This document shows, piece by piece, positions 1-12,390 of a stretch of DNA of 64,000 nucleotides. Below the pieces are notes generated by a model. That model saw only the letters and a program-made list of their open reading frames with translations. It was not told the DNA's origin and searched no databases. Position 1 is the first letter of the stretch. Every line of letters begins with the position of its first letter. Origin of the DNA: Halocafeteria seosinensis. Its lineage: Eukaryota. Both the position numbers and the translations under genes were made by a program. Location of the stretch: contig LVLI01000138.1 in assembly GCA_001687465.1 (NCBI GenBank), forward strand, positions 1 to 64,000, in the 5' to 3' direction.

Positions 1-189
1 TAATGGAAGTGTAGTGTTGCAAGATTTATCGCAAACCCTCGAATATCGCTGCATATAAGGCTAGTAAATTTTGAAAGCGTGCAGGTTGAAGTTGAAGTGC
101 GTGTCAGGACATTTTTGAACTTGTCCTGTCAGGACTTGTGTCCCAACCTATTTTATAAGAATAGAACGTATAATCCAAGTCGTGTGCGT

Positions 190-605
190 ACATGATTGAG
201 AAGGGGTACTGGAAGATTGAGGAGCGCTAGGCGTTTGGGAATGGGGACGAAATGGTTGAGGAAGAGCACTGGCCGATTGAGAAGGGCAGGGGGTGGAGAA
301 GATTGAGAGGGAACTGAAACGTACCGGGTAGCCTTGGAATTTCTGGTAGATTGCAAAAGGCACACTGGGGCTTCTGGAAGACTGAGAAGTACTGGAAGAC
401 TGAAAAAATACACTGGAACTTCTTGACGACTGGGGACTTAGAAGATTGAGATGGGACTCTGGAACACTAGAAGATTGAGAAGGGACCGGGGAACTTCTGA
501 AAGATTGAAAAGGGGGAATTTGACTTCTGTAATGGCGACAAGGAGCACTGTCCGATTGAGAAGGGGTAGGAGATACTTCCAGAGGAGCACTGGAGATTGA
601 GGTGG
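190..605 (-). repeat. Degenerate tandem repeat (plus-strand core ACTGGAAGATTGAG) encoding PSQSSS-like Ser/Pro-rich units on the minus strand; probably a decayed mucin-like coding segment
   Basis: GATTGAG / CTGGAAGA recurs many times in 190-605; minus ORF 148..804 reads SPTPSQS, PSQSSS, TPSQS. Confidence 0.5.
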
Positions 606-1475
606 TATCTGGCTCTCCACAACCTTCAGGAGTTGCTTCGATGTCCACCGTCTCTGCATGTGGTGGCAGCACATCCTCAAAATCAGACGACCTTCGAATG
701 GCGGTAGCGAAGGAACTTGACAGAAATTGCCCTCCTCGTCCCAGGAAGCGGTGGCAGCCTGGCTGGTGGGCCAGTGGTGGCCCACTGGCAGGTCGTTGTT
801 GCAACGTCTACGCGCTCCGTTTTCGTCCGCTTACGTCTAGTGTAACGTTCTAGTTGTCACGGAAACACACGGCATAAGTATGCTGACGTTTAGGTCAAAT
901 GTTATTCCAGAGAGCACTAGTGTATGTACTTAATAGGCAATGAATAAGCAGCTTGATCCTTGAATATCAGATTTGAAATCTGCATGCGAACTTTAACGGC
1001 CACTACTTTTGTCAGTATAGATAATGGTGTATTTGATCATATTTGAGCTCGTCGACCTCTATAATTATACAGTGCATATGCGCAATGACGTATTGCATGT
1101 CCATACATTCATTATTAGAGTTTTATATTCTCCACTTTGGGGATCCCCATTCGGGATTTCTTCCCCGGGGGATTTGGGATGGGGAAGCCTTCCCCATCCC
1201 CAGTTGGGGAAGTGGGGACGCCATCCCAACAGCCCTAAAGACTACCCATATTTGGTATTTGGAACCCGAGCCTCCCGAGGGCACGGTGGTCTTTGTAATA
1301 CTCCAAGACCATCAACATAATATACATATATATGCTGAGCCTCGGGGCCTCTGTACTGTTGTACATGTAACCATATGGTGTTACGCATAAAATTTATTGC
1401 ACCTGTGCAGATCAATGTGGATTGTTTTTCCTCTAGTTCATTTCTATATAACACGTCCGTGGGCACTACAAGAAA

Positions 1476-2450
1476 ATGAGTGAAATTGTGCAAGGCATTT
1501 ACATTGGAGGGGACGCCGAAGCTTCCAACTTCACATGGTTAAAAGAGCATGATATACGCTACATACTCAATGTCACGCCAGGCAAGACGGAGTCCCCTAG
1601 CGGGGGCGTCCCCAACTACTTCGAATCGAGAGGATTATTCACGTACGTCATGGCTGGCTGCCGAGCGAGCGAACGACTCAATGCTGGCATGTTCGTGGAA
1701 TTCTGAACGCAGATATAAACGGTGTCCCCTCTACGATAACGGCACCAACGACATCCGATCGGTGCTGACCGAGAGTATTGGCTTCATCAAACAGGGCATC
1801 CATTATGGTACGCAGAAAGGGTTCGCCCAATTGCTTGCTCGGCTGGCTTGGCGTTAAGGAGCATTGGATGTGTATTTTGCAGGGAATGTCCTTGTTCATT
1901 GTGTCCAAGGTGTTAGTAGATCAGTCAGTGTTGTCGTTGCTTACTTGATGATGGTGGAAGGGATGAGCTCGAAACGCGCTAGGAGATACATAAGGAAAAA
2001 GCGGCCGGCGGCGCAACCGAACAAGTACTTCCTCGACCAACTCAAAGAATTCGAGAAGACGTTAGATGTAGGGGACAGGAGGGTGCCTTCGAAAAAGAGA
2101 GCTGCCGGAACTTCCACAGGGAGTTCTGGCCGATCGAAGGCTACTCGTCGATCGGGTAAGCAGCATATGTCAGAGCTCCACCAGAGCCGTTCGGGTTATA
2201 CTAGTAGTCGTTCATGTATGCAGAGAAGGGCACGATTGGACCGACATTGCCACCTTCCATGAGAAAAATGACGGGCAAGGAAGACCATTTGGAACCTTCC
2301 TCAGACGGCGATTCGGGAGACGATGCGATTGCCATTGGCCCAGCTTTGCCACCCCATCTTCGTAGGAGTTCAGCCTCAGAGCTTCAGAAGCCCCCTACCG
2401 AGAACGGTAAAAAGAATGGCGGGTGCCGGGACACTTCACAGGCACCGTAG
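1476..2450 (+). CDS. Dual-specificity protein phosphatase, 4 exons
   Basis: Exon 1 IYIGG..A.N..WL....I.YILNVT; exon 2 YKRCPLYDN; exon 3 catalytic VLVHCVQGVSRS (HCx5R) and PN..FL.QL; GT-AG introns at about 1643-1711, 1808-1882 and 2156-2223. Confidence 0.9.
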
Positions 2451-2897
2451 AGAACAGAAATATGTAGTGGATGAAATCGAGCGTTTCCATAGCGGTTTAG
2501 ATGGCAAAAGCCATAGCTAGGCATAGGCAACGGTCAACAGTTCAGTTCGTGGCGAGGTACAATTGTACTGGACGGAGACCGGCCTACGCTTTATGGAACA
2601 GAAAGGTGGAGGCAGCAAGAATGAATCCAGACGGTTGATTTCTTTGAGGACCATAGCCTTGTAGAATCTGGAGAGATCATAAAATGGATCACTTTTGCAT
2701 GAAATGAATCGACCACAGTGAAGCCCACGATGGTACACAAGAAAAAAAAGAGAACCAAAATGGCCGGCTCATGGTTGGCAATGGTGTTCTCGACCAGTCA
2801 GCGGTGAATATGATCCAAGCAATTCGGTGAGGTGAAGGAACTACTCAAGGAAGCTGAAGGACTATTGTACGCTTGGCAATTTCAGCAAGTCAAGGGT

Positions 2898-4671
2898 TTA
2901 ATGTAAATCATTGCGAACCATGAATTCTATGCTCAAATACATTACAAACATGCCGACAACATTAGAGAGTGCCGCAGCCTGTACAACGTAGCAAACGGCG
3001 ATAGATAAAACAGTCCCAACAAGCTCTAATCCCCGAGGGAAACATTTACTTACCCGGCTTGATAAATGGGCAATCGAGGCAGGTATGAGTTCCACAATGC
3101 AAAGCATTATCATGATACCAGCGACTGCATCGACATGCGCAATAATAGGTGAAAACCATGTGGACAGCGATAAAAGCAATGCACGTACCCATTGCATTCA
3201 ACACAGCGATTATCGGTGGCGTGAGATAATGCGTGAAGGGTACAAGGAGAAAGGCTGCAGCCGGCTCACAGAGACTGGAGAGAATACACCATTTAAGGGC
3301 CGTCCATTTCGACCCGGAACTTGCGTAAATAGGAGATGCTACCGCCATGCCCTCTGCATCCCGCAAAAGCTGAAAGTTTCGCCGGCAAAACGAGGTCATT
3401 GGTCTCACTTCACTTACCTGGGATATTATGCAAGGCAATGGCAAACGTGATAGCGAGACCGCGGCCTGTGCAGCTTGCTAGCACCTCTAGGAGTTCCGCT
3501 AAGCTAACTTGGCCAGAAACAATATCGGAGAAACTATCCACGGACTTATCACAAATACCAGTAATTGTTTGACTGTAAACAATCAATCCTTCGGGAAAAT
3601 TATGTAAACTGATTCCCAAAGCTGCAATCAATCCAGTCATGTATAACCGTTTTCGATCCGCCTCTGCATTTTGGGTTTCTTATTGTATACGTAAGATGAA
3701 ATAATATCACCAACCCACTGAGGCAAATCACATACTGGCTTTACTGTTCGCATTGGCGTTAAAATTCTGTACGTTTCCACTCGTTGTGGCCCCACCGTTC
3801 CTAATAGTAGTACTTCCACTCTGGCTCCTTGTCCTTTTGGTAGAAGCTGTTGTTTCCTTCGCTTGTAGCCTATCAATAATCTCTTGTTTCCGTCCGCTCG
3901 TGGGTAACTCTTGCTCGCGGCACAATTGTTGTAACTGTATAACGTTCATTTTCTGGTACTGAATCTGTGTGGGAGCCGACAGAACTCCTTCTTCCTCTTC
4001 TTGTAAAACTTGGTCCACTTGTCCACCATTGGCGTCAATATCGTTTTGTTTCTCTTGTGTGGCTAATTCCTCCAATTCGGGTTCGGGGACGAACGTTACC
4101 ACCACCCAGAAAAACAGCATTCCTCCAAACATCTGCAAGCAAAAACACGAGCGACCTTAGGACAAACACTTTCCACGATGCGTAAATGACGTGCACATAC
4201 AGCTAAATTAGCCTGTAAAGGTCCAATATCGGCCTCACTGTGTTTGAGAAGGTCCCCAAAGGATATGTACATCATGATTCCACTGGCAAAGCTGAGCATA
4301 TGTCCCAGCACACTGGGCGACGGTATGCCAAAGGTGACGACACAAATACCCCCTAAAGTAGCTGCTAAACCACTGAATAATGTCAATAAAATGGCCGTCA
4401 AAGGGTGCTGGTCCAGGGTCTCCTGGTGCCCATGGCCACCGCCATGATGATGATGATGGTGATGGTGGTGCGTACACCCACTGGAACGCTTCCTAATGGG
4501 CGCAGAAGAGGGAAGGGGCTCTGTATGAACCCCAGAAAGGCTCCCATCGGCCTGTATATCCACGTGAGCGTGCTGCTCCTGCTCCTCCTCTTCGTGGCCC
4601 ATGCACGGCGGCAGCCACGCCGATGAGATAATGAGGCATACTAGTACTAATAAGAGAGAGTAAGACTTCAT
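2898..4671 (-). CDS. ZIP (GufA/ZupT-type) zinc/iron transporter, multi-exon, with N-terminal signal, His-run and SAP-like insertion
   Basis: LSFASGIMMYISF, TM4 GISLHNFPEG, TM5 AIALHNIP|EGMAV (spliced), SLCEP, VAGIM; HHHHHHHH before TM1; stop TAA at 2898-2900. Confidence 0.9.
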
Positions 4672-4978
4672 TATAGTGGAGAGAATGGAGAAATAAAGGA
4701 GAATAAAGCAAGACCCAATACAGTCACGATTGGCCCATCTATCCTCCTCTCAGCGCTCGTTTATGGCTCCTGTATACCATGACTACACAGTTGTATATTG
4801 GGTAATTGAGTATGCGTGTGTGTATATCATGCACATGTGCAGGAAATAGAGGAAAATGGGGCTCTGGATAAACCACATGCACATTGTTCATTGGATTCGA
4901 TATATTCACTTCATTTACCTCGTACTCGACGCCATACATGCATACATGGATGTATAATATAAAGTATATTTAGTTAAT

Positions 4979-7741
4979 TTGGTAGGTAGGATCAATACGT
5001 GGCGTGTAATGAGGTCTATACGCTTGGTACAAGGACAAGGGAGGACCCGGACAGACTACCCTTTTCACAAGGCGTATACACGTTTTCCTGCACATACGGA
5101 GCATAGTACGCCTCGAATGATGAGTATACTATCATGTGCACACGATAAAATACCCCGATTCGCCGCGGGGAACCTGTACAAGAGGCTACAAGCCTCTCTG
5201 ATCGGGGCCGGAAGGAGCCCATTTCGGTCCATTACGAGCTCTATACACGATGAATACGACCCAAAACAGGAGGAGAATGCTCGCATGGAGTCTGTGTTCA
5301 AGTACCATGAAGATACATTGGGCAGGGGAAGCGCACAAGCGCCCTTCCACATCGAGTCTCCCGGCCTCCGGGCCTTGACAACCCACCATATTGCCCAGAT
5401 GAAGAAGTATAAGAAGTCCAAGCCAAAACAAAGCTCCCACGACGGCGAGGATGACCCCCTGGGACAGGTTCTTCAGGAGCTAGCCACCACCGCCAAGAAC
5501 TTGGACTGCCCGCGGAGTGATTTATTGAACTCCATTGGGTTATTGTGTCACAGTTTACTACATCGAGGACAATTCCAGGATGTGTTACGATTGCAGACAT
5601 TGCTCAAACAGGGAAATGTTCCAGTCACACCGGCTATTTTCGGGCAGATATTGACCGCCTCCGTCATGACGCGAAACGTTAAGAGCGCTCGGGACGCCTT
5701 GCGCGATTTGGAAGAGGAGCAAGGAGAATCACTCACGGGTGCATGGTACGCCGAATATATACGTCAAGTATGGGATGACCATTTGTACTTGGCATTGTAT
5801 CCACTCAAAGACTTCTTACTGGATTTCCATACTCATTCATTGGACAAGCACCATGTCAGAGCTATTGCGCTGGCATGCTTTCATATCGGAGACAAGAAGG
5901 CTGCTATGGATGCACTAGACACACTGGTGTCCAAACAGCAAGTCCATCAAAGCATGGCATCCCAAGAACAGAAAGAACAAGAAGTTACCAGACAACACCA
6001 GCAACCATATAGTAGTGATGAGCCAGAATGGCAGACCCAGAGAGCTGCATTGGAGGGGGTTGTTCAGTTCGGCATCAACACAGCCAGAATGCGGATGGTA
6101 TCGCAACAATCCAGTGGTAGAACGCTCCGGTTTTTCAACGCCGGTGGAGTCTTGAATGCGTTGCTACTTTTATCCCAGGAGCATGGTGTCAATGTGCGAC
6201 TGTGGGAGAGCTTCTTATACTATCTCCTAAAGGCACATGTCGTGTCACTCCCACCAAGAGAGCTGACTCATTCAATGCCTGCATCTTTTTCAAGTTCTAG
6301 ACGCGAGAGTGATGTATCTCTGTCCATGGGTAAAATAGTAAGCATGGCACTGGAATACTGTCGCCATGAACAAACTCAGCCGCCATTAAAACTCGCGCCG
6401 CTCATGCTTACCCGGCTCTTTCAAATGTGTTACACCAAGTGTAACGGATGTAGTGTGGACGACGCAGAGTTAATTTTAACCAAACTAACTCCCAATAATT
6501 TTTCTTGGGATTCCCATTTTGATTTCGACGGTGAACTTGTGGTGGAAAGAGATGAACGGTCGGATGACGCGGGTTGCGAAGTTGTTCTCCGTACTCTAGT
6601 CGACATGGGACCGGCCAATCACGTTAACATCTTTATCGAACAGTTGGCCAAAGACGGAATTTTCCCGCGTTCTCAAAAACTCCACCGAGATACGGTTAAT
6701 TCCCTACAACACAGTGGGTTAGATTTGGATTTTGGAGGGTTGGCTGCGTACACTAGTGCATTTTTGGACAGTTTCGTTGAAGGTAGTTTAGACCAGCTCA
6801 AAGAACAATATGAAGTTGGGTTCCTAAAGACGTTCGGAGAGCGCGTGAAGCTGGTTACTCGAGCCCTGATGCGAATGAATGATACGGAACGGCTACATAT
6901 AGCAATGGCGAAAGGACTGGAAAACCTGGGCAAGATTTTGTCATATATTGCCCATCAAATGGATACTATTGAGGAATCTAACTGTGATGAAGTACTTTGG
7001 GACTCGCTTCTGGAGATCTTGCATTCCTACGCAGCCTATTTGGAATTCATGGATGGTAGGGGGCCGTATGCATATATCCATCAGAAAGACAGCAAAAATA
7101 GTGTAAGCGACCAAGTACGGACTGTTAGCAAACGTACTTCTGCACCCTTTCGTCTTGACAAAGACCACAGGGCATATCATCCCAGCGTCGAGCTGGACCA
7201 ATATCTGGATACGGCGTTTGCGGCATATGAGTCTCGAGTCCAGATCCTAGCATCCTTGTTGCGCATGGTGCTCGACTGTCGACTCAACCGATTCCTGGAA
7301 ACCCCCGCAGGAAAGCTTGAACTTGCTAAAGTTATAGTTACTGCCCTCGATGCATCTTGGGTCCCATTCTACCTGTCAATTGCGGAAGGGGATTCGGCTC
7401 GCCAGAAGAATGCTCCTATCTCTGACGAAGAAGGGTGGAAATTAGTAGAGTTGATGCAGCAGGCATCATACTCAAAACTCAACGTATTTGTGTCTCGGCG
7501 TATCGCTCTGTATCTGATGAATGCATGTAATGGTGACTCAGGTTCCTTATCGAATGAAACGAGGGACGGGATTTCAGATGCAGTTTCTTCAGTCATGGAG
7601 AAAATTGTACGTCAATTTTCGATGGAAAGCCAAAGCCGGGTGGAAAAGCATACTGGTACACGCACTCATGTCGGTCCCAGTGGTAAAAAGAGCAGCAAGG
7701 TAAACTCTAAGAGGCGACAGCAGCAGCTTGCCAGGTCGTAG
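4979..7741 (+). CDS. Hypothetical protein of about 910-920 aa, helical/PPR-like segments, possible mitochondrial presequence (first ATG about 5009)
   Basis: 2.76 kb uninterrupted ORF; Arg-rich, acid-poor N-terminus; PPR-like stretch (GQFQDVLRLQTLLKQGNVPVTPAIFGQILTA). Confidence 0.7.
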   Translation: MVGRINTWRVMRSIRLVQGQGRTRTDYPFHKAYTRFPAHTEHSTPRMMSILSCAHDKIPRFAAGNLYKRLQASLIGAGRSPFRSITSSIHDEYDPKQEENARMESVFKYHEDTLGRGSAQAPFHIESPGLRALTTHHIAQMKKYKKSKPKQSSHDGEDDPLGQVLQELATTAKNLDCPRSDLLNSIGLLCHSLLHRGQFQDVLRLQTLLKQGNVPVTPAIFGQILTASVMTRNVKSARDALRDLEEEQGESLTGAWYAEYIRQVWDDHLYLALYPLKDFLLDFHTHSLDKHHVRAIALACFHIGDKKAAMDALDTLVSKQQVHQSMASQEQKEQEVTRQHQQPYSSDEPEWQTQRAALEGVVQFGINTARMRMVSQQSSGRTLRFFNAGGVLNALLLLSQEHGVNVRLWESFLYYLLKAHVVSLPPRELTHSMPASFSSSRRESDVSLSMGKIVSMALEYCRHEQTQPPLKLAPLMLTRLFQMCYTKCNGCSVDDAELILTKLTPNNFSWDSHFDFDGELVVERDERSDDAGCEVVLRTLVDMGPANHVNIFIEQLAKDGIFPRSQKLHRDTVNSLQHSGLDLDFGGLAAYTSAFLDSFVEGSLDQLKEQYEVGFLKTFGERVKLVTRALMRMNDTERLHIAMAKGLENLGKILSYIAHQMDTIEESNCDEVLWDSLLEILHSYAAYLEFMDGRGPYAYIHQKDSKNSVSDQVRTVSKRTSAPFRLDKDHRAYHPSVELDQYLDTAFAAYESRVQILASLLRMVLDCRLNRFLETPAGKLELAKVIVTALDASWVPFYLSIAEGDSARQKNAPISDEEGWKLVELMQQASYSKLNVFVSRRIALYLMNACNGDSGSLSNETRDGISDAVSSVMEKIVRQFSMESQSRVEKHTGTRTHVGPSGKKSSKVNSKRRQQQLARS

Positions 7742-9559
7742 CTAACGCCCAAGGCTAGGCGAAAGACTATGTTTGTGGCAAGCTTCTCGGAGCAGATGGC
7801 ACGCTCTACGCGTGTTTGGCCTCAGTTGTTGGCAAAATGGTGTCCCAGTGGCGGAAAGCATACTGCACCAGTAGCAGTTCTTAGCATTGATGGGGTTCAT
7901 GAGGTATCAACTAAAGACACCTCATTTTCTGTTTGCTGTGTGTAGATGACCCTTGCTTCCCGTTCAAGTTGTCGGATGAAGCACTGGTTTTTGGCGAGCT
8001 TCAGAAACAGAGTAACTGTGCTCGATACTGCCAGCTGCGCTTTAATATTGCTTACGTTGAAGAGGAAGCAGCGGAAATCAGTTGATTCCGTGGAAGTATG
8101 GAAGTGCCAACGATCACGGTTAGGGCAGTTTGGCTTAAGAAAGATCAGTTAGGTAGTATAGTCGTAAAGTCAATGAAGCGATATATGTCTCAAGGGTTTG
8201 CTCGTTTCGTAGTGGGCAAAAATTGAGGGAGCGCCGTCCAAAGCCACACACCTTGATTGTACTTTCATCTGCAATAATGTCTATGTGTCGGTTGCAAGAA
8301 TGCTACTTGGATTGTAAGTAGCAGAAGACGGCTGAAAGTCGTTTCTACATCTGACTTGCCGTTTCCATCAAAAAATTTACGAGGACAGACTGAAGAGTAC
8401 GCCTACCGTTGGCGAGCAGTACAAATTGCACAAAATATTTTAACCTCGTTTCGTCTCTTCGCTGTTCGACGAATTTGTCAACGGACTGTATAGAACACTC
8501 GATCGATCTTAAAAGCATTCTGATTGTGTATCCAATTTATTCTCGGAATTCCCAACTAACAGTCCGAATAGGTAGGCGGGGTCTGGCAACCATCCAACTA
8601 CTGAGAGTAATCCCAGCTCAAAAAACAGCTGCAGCCTGAATTCACGCGGCGTATTTCTCCAGGTGGAAAGAAACGCGTCAGGATAGAGGTAAACCTTAGA
8701 CAACGTGAGTTTACGACGCTATGGCGGCGAGACAGTTCAATCGTTCGATCTTCGCTGTCCGGGATGCGGTATAACTCTATTGAATAATTCTTGGTGCGCA
8801 TGTCGGAATAGCTCCAGGAAGTTTGTCGGCCGTTTATCTACAATTCCAATTGTATGAAGATAGATACCCAATGGTTTATACAAAACTGTTAATCGCAGAG
8901 GCTTGGAATCGGTTTCGGTGAGCGAGGAACTGAAATCCGCCGAACTTGCTTCATAGATATCAGTACAACTCTTGTTCCTCAGATGATCGTTGCGGAACAT
9001 TGAATATCCGCAGGAAGGCTTGCCGAAAAAGTAAATTCAATCCATACTTCTGCGTCGGACTTTTTAGGTGTATTGATTTATTCTGATGTATTCGTTTGAC
9101 GACGCTCCCGTCCTGCAAACCCTACAGGGGCTCTAACGCCATCTGCGAGCAACTCTGCATGGACCTCGCCTACAGTACTGCTTCACCTTCAGTCCAAGAA
9201 GCTGCGGGATCCGCCGGATACTGGCAGCACAACGAGGAAAGGGAGGAGTTTGGTACTACGCAGATTGGCTATGACGATTACTTCCGCATAATTCACTACC
9301 CTTTCGACTATCCCGAGACCTGTACCGCCAGCCACGTGATTAGATCTTAGAACATGTGGCTGCTGACTCAATTCTGTGAATTCCTAACAGACTAGTGTCT
9401 GTCACGGTATATCCAACTGTCATCAAGACCAACTCTGTATCTCATCTGATATCTAGATCAATGAAGTCAAGAGCCCAATGTTAAACACTAAACAGTTAGG
9501 GTCTGCACTATAATTCTTCCGACTAACATCTTCAACAGTATGGTGTAGCTCGCCGTCGA

Positions 9560-9730
9560 GATCTAGAACACTGTATTGCCTTTGCCCCATCGAAAGTCTC
9601 AGCAGCTTTGAGAGTTATATAGTCTTCATGTGACTTCCATTTCAACACCATGCACGTGAGTAGAAACAAGTCCTTTCCCAAATCATACTGGAACAAGGTT
9701 CATCCTCTTTCGTGATAACGTTGCGGACTA
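9560..9730 (-). pseudogene. 5' fragment of a GLUG-family gene (N-terminal cap domain), frameshifted
   Basis: Minus strand reads RNVITKEDEPC/QYDLGKDLFLLTCMVLKWKSHEDYITLKAAETFDG, which aligns with RHSIMDGEQPCFYYDPANASFHLTCHAVSWKEHGYTKEHYILLRSNETFDG of ORF 10654..12390. Confidence 0.65.
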
Positions 9731-10653
9731 GAGTGGAGCTCAGCTCATGCTTGCTGGAGTGCGCGATGGCATCAAAAGGACACATGCCTGAACGCCACGT
9801 TGCGCTTCGCGTTCTCAGGCTTCTACCGCATTTCCAATATTTTGCTCTCGCAGGTGATATCCCAAGTTGTACGGTTAAGTTTGTTGGGTACAATACGTAG
9901 CACCGCAAGAAATCTCAGCTTCTGCAGAAAGTGCAAAAGGAGCAAAAGTAAAAACCTGCCGAAACAACGCAAAACTTATTGGAGTATTCTTAACTTGAGA
10001 CGGCACTCGGTATATCTATATAATTGAAAAATCTGCACCGAACTTCCCCTCTATATTCGCGAACACGAGCGCATACTATGCGTCGCATAGTAAACATAGT
10101 ACTTCCTGTTTGGGTCATAAAAAGCACATACATGTACTACTTATTTTTTTGTTTTTTCCACAACGCTGAAGAGGCAATAAGACACGCCTTTTTCTGCGCA
10201 ACTGATTGAATGAAAAGTCGTCGCATTGCTGGCAACTCTTCTGCACTCCTCGCACAGTGTACATGCACTCCGGTATCTGCGATAGTTCTCCTTGCACGGG
10301 AAGAAAGAACCGAAGGAATGCGTAAGATATGCTACAGCTTGCTGGATAACCAATTCGGTACTACCATACACTACCATGAAGAAAAAGCTTTAATTTGGAT
10401 CGGTGAAGTCTACCGGCAGCTTTCACTACATTCGACTGGTGCCAACCAACCAAAACAAAGTCCACCTTTGCGACTACCGTTCAATACGGGTATCTCAATT
10501 GAGCGGAGACTTGAGGTTTCGGCTTGAACTATGCTGTCCGGTGCAATCCAATTCTTCAGCGACAGCGATACACCACTTAATGCAGCCAGTAGGCCATGAT
10601 ACTATAAACTACTACGTACAAAGCAGTGAGTAGTTAAGCTCGCGCAGCTACTG

Positions 10654-12390
10654 CTACTGGACACGTCTTCTACCTCGTTGGGCAGATAACATATTGCGTT
10701 CATGAAGCCGCCCGTATCTTGCGCGTGGTGGACTTGCTGTAGTGTCTCCGAGTTGGAAACGCAAAATCGGTAGCGAATGACTTCCATTGAGCGCCCAAAC
10801 CTCTTCAGACCAGCTCTGGTACAACCGACCACGAATATCCTCCAAGTTTCCAGAGATGCCCTCGGAAGATAGCCCTTGATATCCATCCCCCACGATATTT
10901 TTGAAATTCTCTCCATTGTATACCGCAGATTTGATGTCAATAGACCCACCAAAATGATCTGCTATATCACCGATTATACCACCGGCATCATCGGCTGAAA
11001 TTGTTCCTGAAGAATAAACATTTTTAATGGAAAGTTTTCCGTTTGCTTGGTCTTCATCACCTCCCGTTTTCCAGCCAGTGATACCACCTGAATACTCTCC
11101 CACGATTCTTCCGGTGGCATAGCAATTTACAATTTCCACTTCTCCCTCATTTTCGCCAGTATCGGACCCCGCAATACCACCGTTCTTGGAACCCATAATA
11201 TCACCTCTCGTGTAGCATTCTTCAATACGGACGAAGCCCCGAAAAAACCCAGCATTACCTGTTAATATCCCGCCACCACGGAAGATGGTTCCAGTTGAGA
11301 AAGATTGCTTGACGTATACTGCACCCCCGTTTTGGGCGAGGTTGTTACCGCAAATACCACCAGCGGGGGAGCTATCGCCAATGACCGCATCCGAGTGACA
11401 ACGCGTCAGATTGGCCAGACCGTGATTGTAGCCTAGTTTGTACCCTGCGACTCCGCCAGAATGACGTCCTGTTATTTTGCCAGACGAATGACAATTCGTG
11501 ATCTTGACTTGGCCATTGTCACCACCGCAATATGCACCACATATACCACCGCTTCTTAACGCGCTAACTGCACCCGTGGAGCTACAGGAATCTACACGGA
11601 AATACCCCTGCCCTTGCTGAACAATGAAACCAGCCTTTTCGGCAAGTTCTCCGTTTTTAATATGTACATTCCGAATCTCGGGAGCTTCGTCAAAGGAGAA
11701 AACGGTATGCGGATCAATCCTGAAAAGACCATGAAAACCCGATATCCCACGCAAATCTAAGAAACTTTTGTTTCCCCCGTCAAATGTCTCATTGGAGCGA
11801 AGCAAAATGTAATGTTCCTTCGTATAGCCGTGCTCCTTCCAGGAAACAGCGTGGCATGTGAGATGGAATGAGGCATTCGCGGGGTCATAGTAGAAGCAGG
11901 GCTGCTCTCCATCCATAATTGAATGTCTTAAATTTGCCCCCGTAGAAGCAAAAGCAGAAACGAATCTCATCGAACCCAGAAGAACCAGCAAAAGAGGTAC
12001 TGCAGCATTTGAACGGGGAAGGCTTTGCGAGCGAGTTGTATCCAAAGTTTGCTTAGCAGAGTGGTCGTTTTTGCTGCCTTTGTCTCCGGAGCTTATGAGT
12101 GCACATATAATGGATGAGTCCTTTGACTCTCTATTACAGCGATAATCACGACAGTCTTCTTTCTCAAATATCGTCGTGCCGTGGTCTGTTTTCAGATCTT
12201 GCCGCACTCCTTCAGAGAAGCAGCTTTCGTTGCGGAAAGTAATACAACTGCCGAGTTCAAAGCGCAAAGCGGAGTCTGCGATGGTATAATAAACGCTTTG
12301 AAAGAGTCCTGATTCGTACTTGGTTGTCGACCTTGCGTGCAAATCATGCGGAGGGAATCCAAGTAGCCAAGTACCAGCTCTGGATCCCAT
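10654..12390 (-). CDS. GLUG-repeat (GGIxG, beta-solenoid type) secreted/surface protein
   Basis: Repeats of C.S/T.G.I....GGI.G; internal signal-like AAVPLLLVLLGSMRFVSAFA; C-cap IRGRLYQ.WSEEVW...LPIL; true start uncertain. Confidence 0.8.
   Translation of the reverse strand: MGSRAGTWLLGFPPHDLHARSTTKYESGLFQSVYYTIADSALRFELGSCITFRNESCFSEGVRQDLKTDHGTTIFEKEDCRDYRCNRESKDSSIICALISSGDKGSKNDHSAKQTLDTTRSQSLPRSNAAVPLLLVLLGSMRFVSAFASTGANLRHSIMDGEQPCFYYDPANASFHLTCHAVSWKEHGYTKEHYILLRSNETFDGGNKSFLDLRGISGFHGLFRIDPHTVFSFDEAPEIRNVHIKNGELAEKAGFIVQQGQGYFRVDSCSSTGAVSALRSGGICGAYCGGDNGQVKITNCHSSGKITGRHSGGVAGYKLGYNHGLANLTRCHSDAVIGDSSPAGGICGNNLAQNGGAVYVKQSFSTGTIFRGGGILTGNAGFFRGFVRIEECYTRGDIMGSKNGGIAGSDTGENEGEVEIVNCYATGRIVGEYSGGITGWKTGGDEDQANGKLSIKNVYSSGTISADDAGGIIGDIADHFGGSIDIKSAVYNGENFKNIVGDGYQGLSSEGISGNLEDIRGRLYQSWSEEVWALNGSHSLPILRFQLGDTTASPPRARYGRLHERNMLSAQRGRRRVQ

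Noticed and set aside
7900..9500. Short ORFs on both strands that look like decayed coding sequence
   Set aside because: No recognisable motif or consistent frame; cannot assign
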